Source: an uncultured Gemmatimonadota bacterium
GTDB taxonomy: Bacteria; Gemmatimonadota; Gemmatimonadetes; Palauibacterales; KS3-K002
Assembly: GCA_964345885.1 (NCBI GenBank)
Contig: CAYFSW010000170.1
Span: 46,169 to 110,168, forward strand
Length of the DNA: 64,000 nt
Direction of reading: 5' to 3'
A program made the position numbers and the translations under genes. The stretch's first letter is position 1; every line of letters begins with the position of its first letter. This document shows, piece by piece, positions 1-9,120 of the stretch. The notes under the pieces are model-generated. The model was not told where the DNA came from and ran no database searches. It saw only the letters and a list, made by a program, of their open reading frames with translations.

Positions 1-281
1 TCGGCTTCAGTAAGCTTCCGCGAATCGTAGAGGTGTTCGCCCGGCGGCTACAGGTGCAGGAGCGCCTCACCGATCAAATAGCGCGGGCGATCCAGGAGAT
101 TGTCCGACCTAAGGGTGTCGGAGTCGTAATCGAGGCAGCCCACCTCTGCATGATGATGCGCGGCGTCGAAAAGCAGAACTCGCGGACGATCACCAGTTCG
201 GTGCAAGGGATCTTCCGCAGCGACCAGCGGACTAGGGATGAGTTCCTGCGGCTGGTCGCCTCACACTCGTTCCAGTCGTGA
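1..281 (+). CDS. folE: GTP cyclohydrolase I, C-terminal part; the gene starts upstream of the window (reading frame from nt 3)
   Basis: Translation [21 protein letters not shown]...[23 protein letters not shown] matches the conserved FolE C-terminal core. Stop TGA at 279-281. Confidence 0.85.
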   Translation, partial: GFSKLPRIVEVFARRLQVQERLTDQIARAIQEIVRPKGVGVVIEAAHLCMMMRGVEKQNSRTITSSVQGIFRSDQRTRDEFLRLVASHSFQS

Positions 282-1018
282 CGAGCATGGGAGCCGAATT
301 GTCGCGTTTGAAGGTTGTGCTCACAGGGGCGACCGGCGGCGTTGGCCGCGCGGTGGCGGAGCGACTGGCGCAGGCCGGGGCGGAGATGTTGGTGATCGGC
401 CGCAGATCAGAGCCGCTAAAGGAGCTGGCGTCGCGGCTCGGCGCTCGCACGTTGGTCGGTGATCTTGGCGACCGGCAGTTTATCGACCTATTCCCAGAAC
501 GGCTGAGCGAGTCTTGGGACGCCGGACCCGATATCCTGGTCAACAATGCGGGGCTGTTCGAGCTGGCGCCGTTCGGAGATACAGGCAGCGAGACTTTCGA
601 GCGGCTGTTGGCGGTCAATCTGCGAGCGCCATTTGAGCTGATCCGCGCCTGCTTGCCGGGCATGTTGGCCCGCGGTTCCGGCCACATAGTGAACGTAGGT
701 TCGGTAGCTGGCCGTAAGGCGTTCCCGGGCAACGCCGCCTACTCGGCCTCCAAGTTCGGCCTACGCGGTCTGCACGAGGTGTTGGTGGAGGAGCTACGCG
801 GCACGGGGCTGAGGACGACCTGGATCGAGCCGTCCGCCGTGGATACACCCATGTGGGATCGTTTCGATCCCGACGGCCGGGCCGATCTCCCGTCGCGGGC
901 CGAGATGCTCGAACCGGGTGCCGTCGCCGAGGCCGTCTTCTTCGCATTAGCACAACCCGAAGACGTCGCGGTAGAGGAGATCGTTATCAGAGCGAACCCG
1001 GCAGGCCGCCGGATTTGA
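278..1018 (+). CDS. short-chain dehydrogenase/reductase (SDR) family oxidoreductase
   Basis: N-terminal Rossmann motif [15 protein letters not shown]; NNAG motif; YxxxK active site (YSASK). GTG start overlaps the folE stop (GTGA). Confidence 0.8.
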   Translation: MTSMGAELSRLKVVLTGATGGVGRAVAERLAQAGAEMLVIGRRSEPLKELASRLGARTLVGDLGDRQFIDLFPERLSESWDAGPDILVNNAGLFELAPFGDTGSETFERLLAVNLRAPFELIRACLPGMLARGSGHIVNVGSVAGRKAFPGNAAYSASKFGLRGLHEVLVEELRGTGLRTTWIEPSAVDTPMWDRFDPDGRADLPSRAEMLEPGAVAEAVFFALAQPEDVAVEEIVIRANPAGRRI

Positions 1019-1087
1019 GCGGCCAACCCCGGGTGCGGGATGGGGTGGAGGCGCGAGGGCGGCCTCCTGCGACCAGGTGAACGGACC

Positions 1088-2326
1088 ATGATTCATCAGC
1101 ACTTGAAGAAGTTCAGGGCGATCAGCGCCAGCAAAGAAGGGATCACGCGGCTCGGCCTCAGCGATTGGGAGGAGAAGGCGCATGCCGCTGCCGCGGCAGC
1201 GTTCTCGCGCTCGCGACGTATCAAGACCGTCCGCGACCAGGCCGGCAACACGTTCCTGGTGAACGGTGACGGCCCGGGGCCCTACGTGGTAATGGGGTCT
1301 CACCTGGACAGTGTCCCTAATGGGGGCTGGCTCGATGGCGCGCTGGGCGTCGCCGGCGCGTTGGTGGCGATGCAGAAGGTCGTGCAGAAGCATCGCAAGG
1401 CCCCGGTTGCGGTGGCGATCTGGGCCGATGAGGAGGGCTACCGCTTCGGCAACGGGCTTTGGGGTTCCCGTGCCTTCGCCGGTAAGGTGGCCCAGGAAGA
1501 GCCGTTACTGCGCGACCAGGACGGCGTGATGCTTGCCGAAGTCTTGGCGGAGCGCGGGCTGCAAAAGAAGCTGAGGCGCAGCCGCGAGACCGGTGAGCTG
1601 GTGCCGAAGTTCGTTTACAAGCCGCCGCTCGAGATCGCAGCTTACGCCGAGGCCCACATCGAGCAGGGGCGACAGTTGATCGATGCTGGCAAACGGGTCG
1701 GGCTTGTCACACATGTGTCGGGTATCAGGCGCTGGCGCTTGGAGAGCATGGGTGAGACCAACCATGCAGGCACAACGCCGATGCGAGAGCGTCGCGATGC
1801 TCTGGTTCCCATCGCCGGGATGGTCGGTCGTCTGCCGCAACTCGTTCGCGGTGTGAACAACGGGGTGATTACCTGCGGGGCGATGGGTGTCGATCCCGGC
1901 GTGGCGAACGTCATCCCGAGTCAAGCTTGGGCGATAGTCGAGCACCGGGCCCCTACCGACCGTGATCAAGACGAGGTCGCCCGACGCCTCAAGGAGCTGG
2001 TCGCCACGACGGGCCCACGCGCGCCCGGTGTCGGCCTCGAGATGCTCCCCATATCCCACGTGCGTCCAATGTCCATGTCGGAGGAAGTGACCTCGCGCAT
2101 CGAGGAGATTTGCAAGAAGGCGGGCGCGGAATCGATGCGCATGGTCTCGATGGCGGCCCACGATGCAATGAGCGTTGCGCACGTCGCTCCCGCCGGCCTC
2201 TTCTTTATCCCGAGCTTGCGGGGAGTTAGCCACCGAGCGGACGAGGATTCGCGCAAAGAGGACATCAAGCTGGCTGGCGACATCCTCACCCGCTGGGCGT
2301 TGGCCGAAGTACAACGTGTATTTTGA
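1088..2326 (+). CDS. M20-family Zn-dependent amidohydrolase (allantoate amidohydrolase / N-carbamoyl-amino-acid hydrolase-like)
   Basis: GSHLDSVPNGGWLDGALGV motif typical of the AllC/carbamoylase M20 subfamily. An alternative ATG at 1040 is in frame. Confidence 0.75.
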   Translation: MIHQHLKKFRAISASKEGITRLGLSDWEEKAHAAAAAAFSRSRRIKTVRDQAGNTFLVNGDGPGPYVVMGSHLDSVPNGGWLDGALGVAGALVAMQKVVQKHRKAPVAVAIWADEEGYRFGNGLWGSRAFAGKVAQEEPLLRDQDGVMLAEVLAERGLQKKLRRSRETGELVPKFVYKPPLEIAAYAEAHIEQGRQLIDAGKRVGLVTHVSGIRRWRLESMGETNHAGTTPMRERRDALVPIAGMVGRLPQLVRGVNNGVITCGAMGVDPGVANVIPSQAWAIVEHRAPTDRDQDEVARRLKELVATTGPRAPGVGLEMLPISHVRPMSMSEEVTSRIEEICKKAGAESMRMVSMAAHDAMSVAHVAPAGLFFIPSLRGVSHRADEDSRKEDIKLAGDILTRWALAEVQRVF

Positions 2327-2972
2327 GCTGACGGACCTGCTCACCTGTCCGGGCTGTGGACCTGGCTTCGGGCTCGTGCTGCTCGTGCATGAGGTCGAGG
2401 AACGCCGCGTCATACGCGGTTGGCTTGGCTGCCCCAATTGCCGCAACGACTTCCCTGTGGAGAATGGCGTCGCCGACCTGAGGCGCGAACCCGGGGCGTC
2501 GGGGGCTGCACGCCCCGCTTACGAGGAGGAGGAGCTCGCGCTCAAGGTCGTCGCGCTGAGCGGCCTGTCGGACGGGCATGATTATCTGCTGCTCGATGAG
2601 CGCCTGGCGCACGCGGCGGCTGCTGTCATCGAGATGGCGCCCGAGCTGGAAGTGATCATCGTTCGCACCACGTCGGATGATTCTGCCGAACGGCACGGCA
2701 TCAGTCGTGTTCTCTCAGATGCGCCGTTCCCGCTCGTCGAGTACAGGTTGCGAGGCGTGGCGATCGCGCCTGGAGGGAACCGCGAGCTCGTCGCGGCCGC
2801 AGCTCGGCACGTGAGTACGGGCGGCCGCTTGGTGATGTTTGACGCAACCGATATCGACTTGGATGAGGTCGAGCGTGTAGGCCTCGCAGTCGTTGCCGCG
2901 GAAGGCGGCACGGTGGTTGCCGAACGAAAGAGCGATCCCGTCGTCGTGGTGAAGCTTGCTGGCAAGAGCTGA
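2316..2972 (+). CDS. Trm112-like zinc-ribbon protein fused to a C-terminal domain of unknown function
   Basis: N-terminus LLTCPGCGPG...LGCPNCRNDFPVENGVADL fits the Trm112/UPF0434 CxxC...CxxC pattern. The ORF-track start at 2175 overlaps the upstream gene by 150 nt; the GTG at 2316 is the first in-frame start near the upstream stop. Start uncertain. Confidence 0.45.
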   Translation: MYFELTDLLTCPGCGPGFGLVLLVHEVEERRVIRGWLGCPNCRNDFPVENGVADLRREPGASGAARPAYEEEELALKVVALSGLSDGHDYLLLDERLAHAAAAVIEMAPELEVIIVRTTSDDSAERHGISRVLSDAPFPLVEYRLRGVAIAPGGNRELVAAAARHVSTGGRLVMFDATDIDLDEVERVGLAVVAAEGGTVVAERKSDPVVVVKLAGKS

Positions 2973-3074
2973 ACCGGCAGCTGTAGAAGAGGTCGGCGGC
3001 GGCGCGTTGCGTCGCCGGTTGGCAGGCGCTACCATGTTTTCCACAGTGCGCCGTCATCTCCGAAGGAGGGTCCC

Positions 3075-3329
3075 ATGAAACTGAATGCAAAGGCACTCGG
3101 CCTTGCATGTGGTGTGGTGTTGGGGTTGGCAGGCTTCGTGGCCACCCTGTTCTCGATGTGGTTCGGTGCCGGCTATACTATTACGACCCTGGCGGCCGTG
3201 TACTTCGGGTACAGCTGGAGCTTTGTCGGTGCGCTCCTCGCGCTCGTCTGGGGGCTCATCTATGGCTTTATCGGTGGCTGGATCCTCGCCGCTGTCTACA
3301 ACGCCATGGCCGGCGGAGACACGGGCTGA
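3075..3329 (+). CDS. small hydrophobic membrane protein (two predicted TM helices), function unknown
   Basis: RBS GAAGGAGGG 6 nt upstream of the ATG. The 84-aa product is very hydrophobic. Confidence 0.55.
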   Translation: MKLNAKALGLACGVVLGLAGFVATLFSMWFGAGYTITTLAAVYFGYSWSFVGALLALVWGLIYGFIGGWILAAVYNAMAGGDTG

Positions 3330-3371
3330 CCCGACAGGTGGAGCCGCCACGGCGGCCTGGGAATCAAGGGC

Positions 3372-3821
3372 ATGGGATGGTGGCCATTCTCGCGCCGTGA
3401 GAGACGCCTCGGCGAGCCTCACGACTACTACCGAGAAGGGCTGAAGCTCGCGGGCCAGGAAAAGTACCACGAAGCGCTCACATCGTTTCGCCTGGCGTTG
3501 CGCAAGCGCCCGGATGATCCCGAGATAATGGAGCAGATGGCCGTTATCTATACGCACATCGGGATGCCCGACGAGGCGCTCAAATTCTATGAGCAAGCGA
3601 TCGCCACCGGACACCACTCAGCAGCTGCTCACTACGGCCTAGCGTTCATATTCTTGCACCGCGGCGAGACAGCCGACGCTTCCTATCATCTGAAAGCCTT
3701 CCTCAGGCAACCCCCGGACGACCCGGGAGCCGCAGCGCACGTCGAGCACGCCCGGCGAACGCTCAGGGAACTGGAGGTCGGTCGGCCGGCCCCCGATCGA
3801 GACCCAGGCGCTGGAGAATAG
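3372..3821 (+). CDS. TPR-repeat protein
   Basis: Tetratricopeptide-like repeats (YREGLKLAGQEKYHEALTSFRLAL..., ALKFYEQAI...). Confidence 0.6.
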   Translation: MGWWPFSRRERRLGEPHDYYREGLKLAGQEKYHEALTSFRLALRKRPDDPEIMEQMAVIYTHIGMPDEALKFYEQAIATGHHSAAAHYGLAFIFLHRGETADASYHLKAFLRQPPDDPGAAAHVEHARRTLRELEVGRPAPDRDPGAGE

Positions 3822-3823
3822 CC

Positions 3824-5689
3824 ATGCAAGGTGATACCAGCACGCCGGTCCTGCGAATCGCCGGCGCACCCGCCGACGACCCACAGGGTAACGTCGCTCA
3901 GTTGTTCCTCGAGGCGGTGGATACGCATTGTAAGCCCAATGCTCTGAGGTACAAAAAGGCAGGCAGCTGGTACGACATATCCCACCAGCAGATCTACGAC
4001 GACGTCAAGCGTGTCGCTTTGGGGCTCGCGGCGCTCGGCGTCGAGCCGGGTGATCGGGTGGCCATAGTGTCGGAGAATCGACCGGAGTGGCTGCTTACCG
4101 ACTTCGGCTGCGTGATGAGCGGGACGGTCAGCGTGCCGCTCTATCCAAGCCTACCCGTTGACCAAATCTGTTACATGCTTCGGGATAGCGAGGCGATGGT
4201 CGTCTTCGTCTCAACCGAGGAGCAGTTGGCAAAGGTGCGCGAGGCAAAGGCGGACGTGCCATCGCTCGAATACATAATCGTCTACGATGAGAGTGTGGGC
4301 CCCAGCTCGGGCGTGCGGACCTTCAGCCAGCTGCTCGAGCTAGGCGGTGAGCGGGTTGGCGAGCTTCCCGATGACGAGTACCGGGCGCGAGCGCGAGAAA
4401 CTGATCCCCACGAGACGTTGACCATCCTCTATACCTCGGGCACTACGGGTCAGCCGAAAGGCGTCGTGCTGACTCACAATAACTTGTTCTCCAACGTCCG
4501 GTCGACACTGCAGGTACTGAAGATCGACTCGGCCGATACCTCGTTGAGTGTTCTGCCTCTCTGCCATGTCTTCGAGCGCATGGCAGGCAACTACACGATG
4601 TTCTACGCCGGTGCCACGATCTGCTACGCCGAGTCTTTTGCCACGGTGGGTGCCAACCTCCTCGAGATCCGGCCTACGGTGATGACGATGGTACCGCGCT
4701 TCTACGAGCGGACCTTCGCAGAGGTCGAGGAAGCGGCACGAACGGGTGGACCGGGCCACCAGAGCATTCTCAGTTGGGCGATCGACGTGGCAGGTGCGCG
4801 GCTGGATCGCAAGTTGGAGGGCAAGGGCGCAGGTCCGCTCCTCGCCTTGCAGTACGGGATAGCGGATCGATTGGTGTTCTCGAAGCTGCGTAAAGGAGTC
4901 GGTGGCCGGATCAGGTTCTTCGTCTCCGGCGGCGCGCCTCTGAGCCCGACCCTAGCTCGCTTCTTCCTCTCGGCCGACCTGCCGATAGTCGAGGGGTATG
5001 GCCTGACGGAGACCGCGCCGGTGATCTCGCTCAATCGGCTGGAGGCGATCAGGCCAGGGACGGTCGGCGAGCCGATACCGGGTGTGGAGGCTGCGGTAGC
5101 CGAGGATGGTGAGGTACTGACCCGGGGCCCGCATGTGATGAAGGGCTACTACAAGATGCCCGAGGCGACGGCTGCGGCCATCGACCCGGACGGTTGGTTC
5201 CACACGGGCGATATAGGAGAGCTGTCAGACGACGGCTACTTGAAGATCACCGATCGCAAGAAGGATTTGATCGTTACGGCCGGCGGTAAGAACATAGCCC
5301 CTCAGCCTATCGAGGGCCGGGCCAAGACCAACCCCTACGTGAGCCAGGTGGTCATGCTAGGCGACCGCCGCAGATTCCCGATTCTCGTGGTCGTGCCCGA
5401 TTTCGGAGCGCTGGAGAGCTGGGCCGGCTCGCAGGGCTTTCAGTTCGACAGTCGCGAGGCGCTCGTCGGCGATCGGCGGGTCATCGACTTCATGGAGAGC
5501 GAGCTACTCGGCTCGTTGGCCGATCTCGCCAGGTTCGAACGGCCCAAGAAGATCGTTCTCTTGCCTCGCGAGCTCAGCATCGATGCCGGCGAGATAACGC
5601 CGACCCTCAAGGTGAGGAGACGGATTATCGAGGAGAAGTACTGGGAGCTCATCGAGCCGCTCTACGCCGAAGAGGCAGCTGATCGTTGA
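3824..5689 (+). CDS. long-chain fatty acid-CoA ligase (AMP-dependent synthetase/ligase)
   Basis: AMP-binding signature LYTSGTTGQPKGVVLTHNNL; FadD-like architecture; 621 aa. Confidence 0.85.
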   Translation: MQGDTSTPVLRIAGAPADDPQGNVAQLFLEAVDTHCKPNALRYKKAGSWYDISHQQIYDDVKRVALGLAALGVEPGDRVAIVSENRPEWLLTDFGCVMSGTVSVPLYPSLPVDQICYMLRDSEAMVVFVSTEEQLAKVREAKADVPSLEYIIVYDESVGPSSGVRTFSQLLELGGERVGELPDDEYRARARETDPHETLTILYTSGTTGQPKGVVLTHNNLFSNVRSTLQVLKIDSADTSLSVLPLCHVFERMAGNYTMFYAGATICYAESFATVGANLLEIRPTVMTMVPRFYERTFAEVEEAARTGGPGHQSILSWAIDVAGARLDRKLEGKGAGPLLALQYGIADRLVFSKLRKGVGGRIRFFVSGGAPLSPTLARFFLSADLPIVEGYGLTETAPVISLNRLEAIRPGTVGEPIPGVEAAVAEDGEVLTRGPHVMKGYYKMPEATAAAIDPDGWFHTGDIGELSDDGYLKITDRKKDLIVTAGGKNIAPQPIEGRAKTNPYVSQVVMLGDRRRFPILVVVPDFGALESWAGSQGFQFDSREALVGDRRVIDFMESELLGSLADLARFERPKKIVLLPRELSIDAGEITPTLKVRRRIIEEKYWELIEPLYAEEAADR

Positions 5690-5841
5690 GCATTGAACCG
5701 TCTGCCGGCTAGCGCTCGCGACCGGCGACATCCGGTGGACAGCGAGTCGCGGCTCGGATAGATTGCCCTTCAGGTGTTTGGATCCCCCCGAAGTCCCACC
5801 GCGCCTTCTGGCGCCATGACTGGTGATGACCCTATCTGAGC

Positions 5842-6174
5842 ATGCCTGATCGGAACAACTTCGTCCTCCTCTTTGTAACAGCTCCCGATGGCGAGTGCGC
5901 CGAGTTGCTCGCTCGGAAATTGCTGGACGAGCGTCTCGTGGCCTGCGTCAACATCGTGCCGGGCCTGCGCTCCCTCTACTGGTGGGAAGGGGAAGTGCAG
6001 GCATCGGACGAGGTGCTAATGCTTCTCAAGGCGCGCCGTTCGGACATCGAGGCCGTGACGGAATGCGTGAGCCGGTTGCACCCCTACGAGGTGCCGGAGG
6101 TCATAGCCGCTGATATCAGCGGTGGGTTGCAGGCCTACCTCGACTGGTTGGGCGCCGAGACGGAGCGCGGCTGA
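5842..6174 (+). CDS. cutA: divalent-cation tolerance protein CutA
   Basis: 110 aa. VLLFVTAPDGECAELLARKLLDERLVACVNIVPGLRSLYWWEGEV is the conserved CutA1 core. Confidence 0.8.
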   Translation: MPDRNNFVLLFVTAPDGECAELLARKLLDERLVACVNIVPGLRSLYWWEGEVQASDEVLMLLKARRSDIEAVTECVSRLHPYEVPEVIAADISGGLQAYLDWLGAETERG

Positions 6175-6812
6175 TGCCTGAAGCCGACAGGGCGCGGGCT
6201 AGCGGCGAACAGCTCTATCGCCGGGCGAAGCAGCTGAGTAAAGACGGCGCTCTTGAGGAGGCCGTCGACGTCTACAGGGAGTTACTCGCTCTCGACCCGA
6301 AGCACCTCAGAGCGCACAACAACCTTGGCGTGCTGTACGACCGACTGGGTGACTTCGAGAGCGCGCTGGCCGAATATAGCGCGGCCGAGCAGCTGGATCC
6401 CGACGACGTTCGCCTACAGTGCAATATCGCCGCCGTCCTGGCTTCGCTGGGCAGGTACGATGAGGCCGAGGCCAAACTGGCCAGAGCGTTGCATAGCGAT
6501 CCCCAAAACGCTGATGCGAGGGAGAATCTGGGGCTGGTCTATTTCAAGAAGGGGCTGTACGCGCAGGCGGCCGACGAGTTGCGCCGAGCGGCGGAGCTCG
6601 ATCCCGAGCGCGCCAGCGCTTACCTCTATCTTGGGGAGGCATTGAATCGTATGAACGAGGTCGACGAGGCGATAGCGGCTCTCGAACGCTCGGTCGAGCT
6701 CAAGCCGAGCCCGCGGGCCTATTACACGCTCGGCATTCTTCACGACAGGAAGAAACAGCCGACGCTGGCGCAAGCCATGTACCGTAAAGCGGAAGAGCTG
6801 GGGGGCTGGTGA
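6174..6812 (+). CDS. TPR-repeat protein
   Basis: Multiple TPR units (AHNNLGVLYDRLGDFESALAEYSAA...). ATG overlaps the cutA stop (TGATG). Confidence 0.7.
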   Translation: MPEADRARASGEQLYRRAKQLSKDGALEEAVDVYRELLALDPKHLRAHNNLGVLYDRLGDFESALAEYSAAEQLDPDDVRLQCNIAAVLASLGRYDEAEAKLARALHSDPQNADARENLGLVYFKKGLYAQAADELRRAAELDPERASAYLYLGEALNRMNEVDEAIAALERSVELKPSPRAYYTLGILHDRKKQPTLAQAMYRKAEELGGW

Positions 6813-8365
6813 GCCGGCGGCGGCGGCGTCAGCTGATTGGCGGAGCGATCCTCGTGGCGTGGGTCGCTGTGCTGGCCTGGCACGTGCGGCGCGAGTACTT
6901 CCAGCCCGTTGAGGTCCGCCTCGCCGAGGCCTCGGCCAACCTTGTTCCGGGCGCCTCGTTCTATTCGATCAAGTTGGGCGGCGCGACCATCGGCTACGCG
7001 TCCTCCAGGATCGACACCTTGACCGACGGCTTCGTGCTCGAAGACGCGATGCGGTTGCGGATCACCGCGCTCGGTAGCCAGGCACCGGCCAGCGCCCGCA
7101 CCGAGATCAAGCTGAATAGGATGCTGCAGCTCGAGGACTTCCAATTTAGCCTGCGTTCGAACTTCGGCGACTTCGAGGTCGTCGGCGCCATGAACGGTGA
7201 CACGCTGCTCGAGCTGGAGGTCGATGCCGGCGGCGACCGTCAGAACCTCTCCCTACCCACGGATGGCCCGGTTGTCCTGCCGCAGGTCATGCCGATTCAC
7301 TTCGCGCTCGGTCAGGAACCGCGGCCGGGCTCGAGATACGGCTTCGACGTGTTCGATCCCAGCATCATGGAACGGCAACGGGTGACGATCGAAGTTCTCG
7401 GCCAGGAGACGATGATCTTCCCCGACAGCGTCGAATTCGATGAGTCGGTTGGCGACTATGTCGTGCAGACGGAGGACACGGTCCCGACCTGGCATGTCCG
7501 CCAGGAATTCGGAGGTGTCGAGCTCGAGTCCTGGCTCGACCCGGATGGCATGGTCGTCAAGGCGACCAGCCCGATGGGCTACACCATAGAGCGAACGGCG
7601 TTCGAGTTCGCCTGGAACGCCTATCGCGAGCTCGAGGCGAGCGGTGCCGTACCCGCGGCACTCGAGACGACGGATATCATCGAGCAGACAGCCATCTCGG
7701 TCGGCGCGCAGTTGCCTCGCGGTGACCAGATCGCCGGACTCACGGTTCGGCTCGGGAACGTCGACCTCGAGGGCTTCGATCTGGAGGGGGAACGCCAGCG
7801 CCTGCGTGGAGACACGCTGGTGGTGGAGGCGGAGCAGATGCCGAACGGCGTGAGCTACGTGCTGCCGGCGCAGCGCGACGAATGGGACGAAGAGCTCAGG
7901 CCGACGCCGCTCATTCAGGTCGATGACCCGGAAATCCGGCGGACGGTCGAGCGTGTGTTGGCGGGTGAGAGTGACCCGCTGCGCGCAGCGGAACGCCTGA
8001 CAGGCTGGGTGTATGACAGTCTGGAGAAGGAGATCACGCTGAGCGTGCCCAGCGCCAGGCAGGTGCTCGACATGCGGCGCGGTGACTGCAACGAGCACAC
8101 CGTCCTCTACGTCGCCCTGGCACGCTCCGCCGGTCTCCCTGCCCGAACCGCCGCCGGTCTCGTATACGTCCGCGACCGGTTCTACTATCACGCGTGGCCT
8201 GAGGTGTGGCTTGATCGCTGGGTCCCCGTCGACCCGACGCTGGGCCAGTTCCCCGCCGATGCCTCTCACCTTCGCTTCGTGATCGGCGGTCTGGCTCGCC
8301 AGGTCGAGTTGGTGCGGCTGATCGGGCTGTTGCAGCTGGACGTGGTGTCTGTGGAGGAACGGTGA
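6809..8365 (+). CDS. membrane-anchored transglutaminase-like superfamily protein
   Basis: N-terminal TM helix. C-terminal transglutaminase-like catalytic core with Cys (RRGDCNEHTVLYVALARSAGLPAR) and downstream His/Asp (YYHAWPEVW...DPT). GTG start overlaps the upstream stop (GTGA). Confidence 0.7.
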   Translation: MSRRRRRQLIGGAILVAWVAVLAWHVRREYFQPVEVRLAEASANLVPGASFYSIKLGGATIGYASSRIDTLTDGFVLEDAMRLRITALGSQAPASARTEIKLNRMLQLEDFQFSLRSNFGDFEVVGAMNGDTLLELEVDAGGDRQNLSLPTDGPVVLPQVMPIHFALGQEPRPGSRYGFDVFDPSIMERQRVTIEVLGQETMIFPDSVEFDESVGDYVVQTEDTVPTWHVRQEFGGVELESWLDPDGMVVKATSPMGYTIERTAFEFAWNAYRELEASGAVPAALETTDIIEQTAISVGAQLPRGDQIAGLTVRLGNVDLEGFDLEGERQRLRGDTLVVEAEQMPNGVSYVLPAQRDEWDEELRPTPLIQVDDPEIRRTVERVLAGESDPLRAAERLTGWVYDSLEKEITLSVPSARQVLDMRRGDCNEHTVLYVALARSAGLPARTAAGLVYVRDRFYYHAWPEVWLDRWVPVDPTLGQFPADASHLRFVIGGLARQVELVRLIGLLQLDVVSVEER

Positions 8366-9120
8366 TTCAGCTTGAAAACCTGACCAAGAAATACGGCGAC
8401 TTCGCCGCGTTGACGGATCTCAACTTGACGATTCCCAGAGGCGTCCTCTATGGCCTGCTGGGGCCAAACGGAGCAGGCAAGACGACGGCGCTCCGGATCA
8501 TCGCCGGCATTCTCCAGCCGACCGAGGGGGCGGTGCTCGTGGGAGGCCACGACGTGCAGCGGGATCCCGAGCGCGCCAAAAGTCAGCTCGGATTCATTCC
8601 CGATCGTCCCTTCATCTACGAGAAGCTAACCGGCAGCGAGTTCCTGAGGTTCGTGGCCGGCCTCTACGGCCAGAACGGGACCGAGGTCGAGCGAAGGATC
8701 GATGAGTTGCTCAACTTCTGGGGGCTCACAACCTGGGGCGACGAGCTGCTCGAGGCTTACAGCCACGGGATGCGGCAGAAGCTCATAATCTCTTCCGCGC
8801 TGATCCACCGGCCCGACGTGATCGTGGTCGACGAGCCGCTCGTCGGCCTCGACCCCAAGGCGGCGCGCCTGCTGAAGGATATCTTCCGAGGCTTCGTCGA
8901 GCGGGGCGGTACCGTATTGATGTCGACCCACACGCTCGAAGTCGCCGAGGCACTTTGCGACCGCATAGCCATAATCCAGAACGGCCAGATCTGCGCCGAA
9001 GGGACGATGGACGATCTGCGCCGCGATGCCCGGGCTGGTGACGCCGGCCTCGAGGAGATCTTCCTCAAGCTTACCGGCGGACACGAGGTCCAGGAGCTGC
9101 TGGAGGTGCTGGGCTCGTGA
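8362..9120 (+). CDS. ABC transporter ATP-binding protein (ABC-2/DrrA-like)
   Basis: Walker A GPNGAGKTT; ABC signature and Walker B (VIVVDEP). GTG start overlaps the upstream stop. Confidence 0.85.
   Translation: MIQLENLTKKYGDFAALTDLNLTIPRGVLYGLLGPNGAGKTTALRIIAGILQPTEGAVLVGGHDVQRDPERAKSQLGFIPDRPFIYEKLTGSEFLRFVAGLYGQNGTEVERRIDELLNFWGLTTWGDELLEAYSHGMRQKLIISSALIHRPDVIVVDEPLVGLDPKAARLLKDIFRGFVERGGTVLMSTHTLEVAEALCDRIAIIQNGQICAEGTMDDLRRDARAGDAGLEEIFLKLTGGHEVQELLEVLGS

Noticed and set aside
7253-8269. 338-aa minus-strand ORF
   Set aside because: Antisense to the transglutaminase-like gene. It is one of many long antisense ORFs expected at about 67% GC. Others in this class are 11790-12695, 16020-17090, 18299-18925, 20443-21027, 23455-24237, 27833-28597, 36833-38149, 50980-52425, 52582-53316, 55288-56019, 58735-59553 and 61234-62277.
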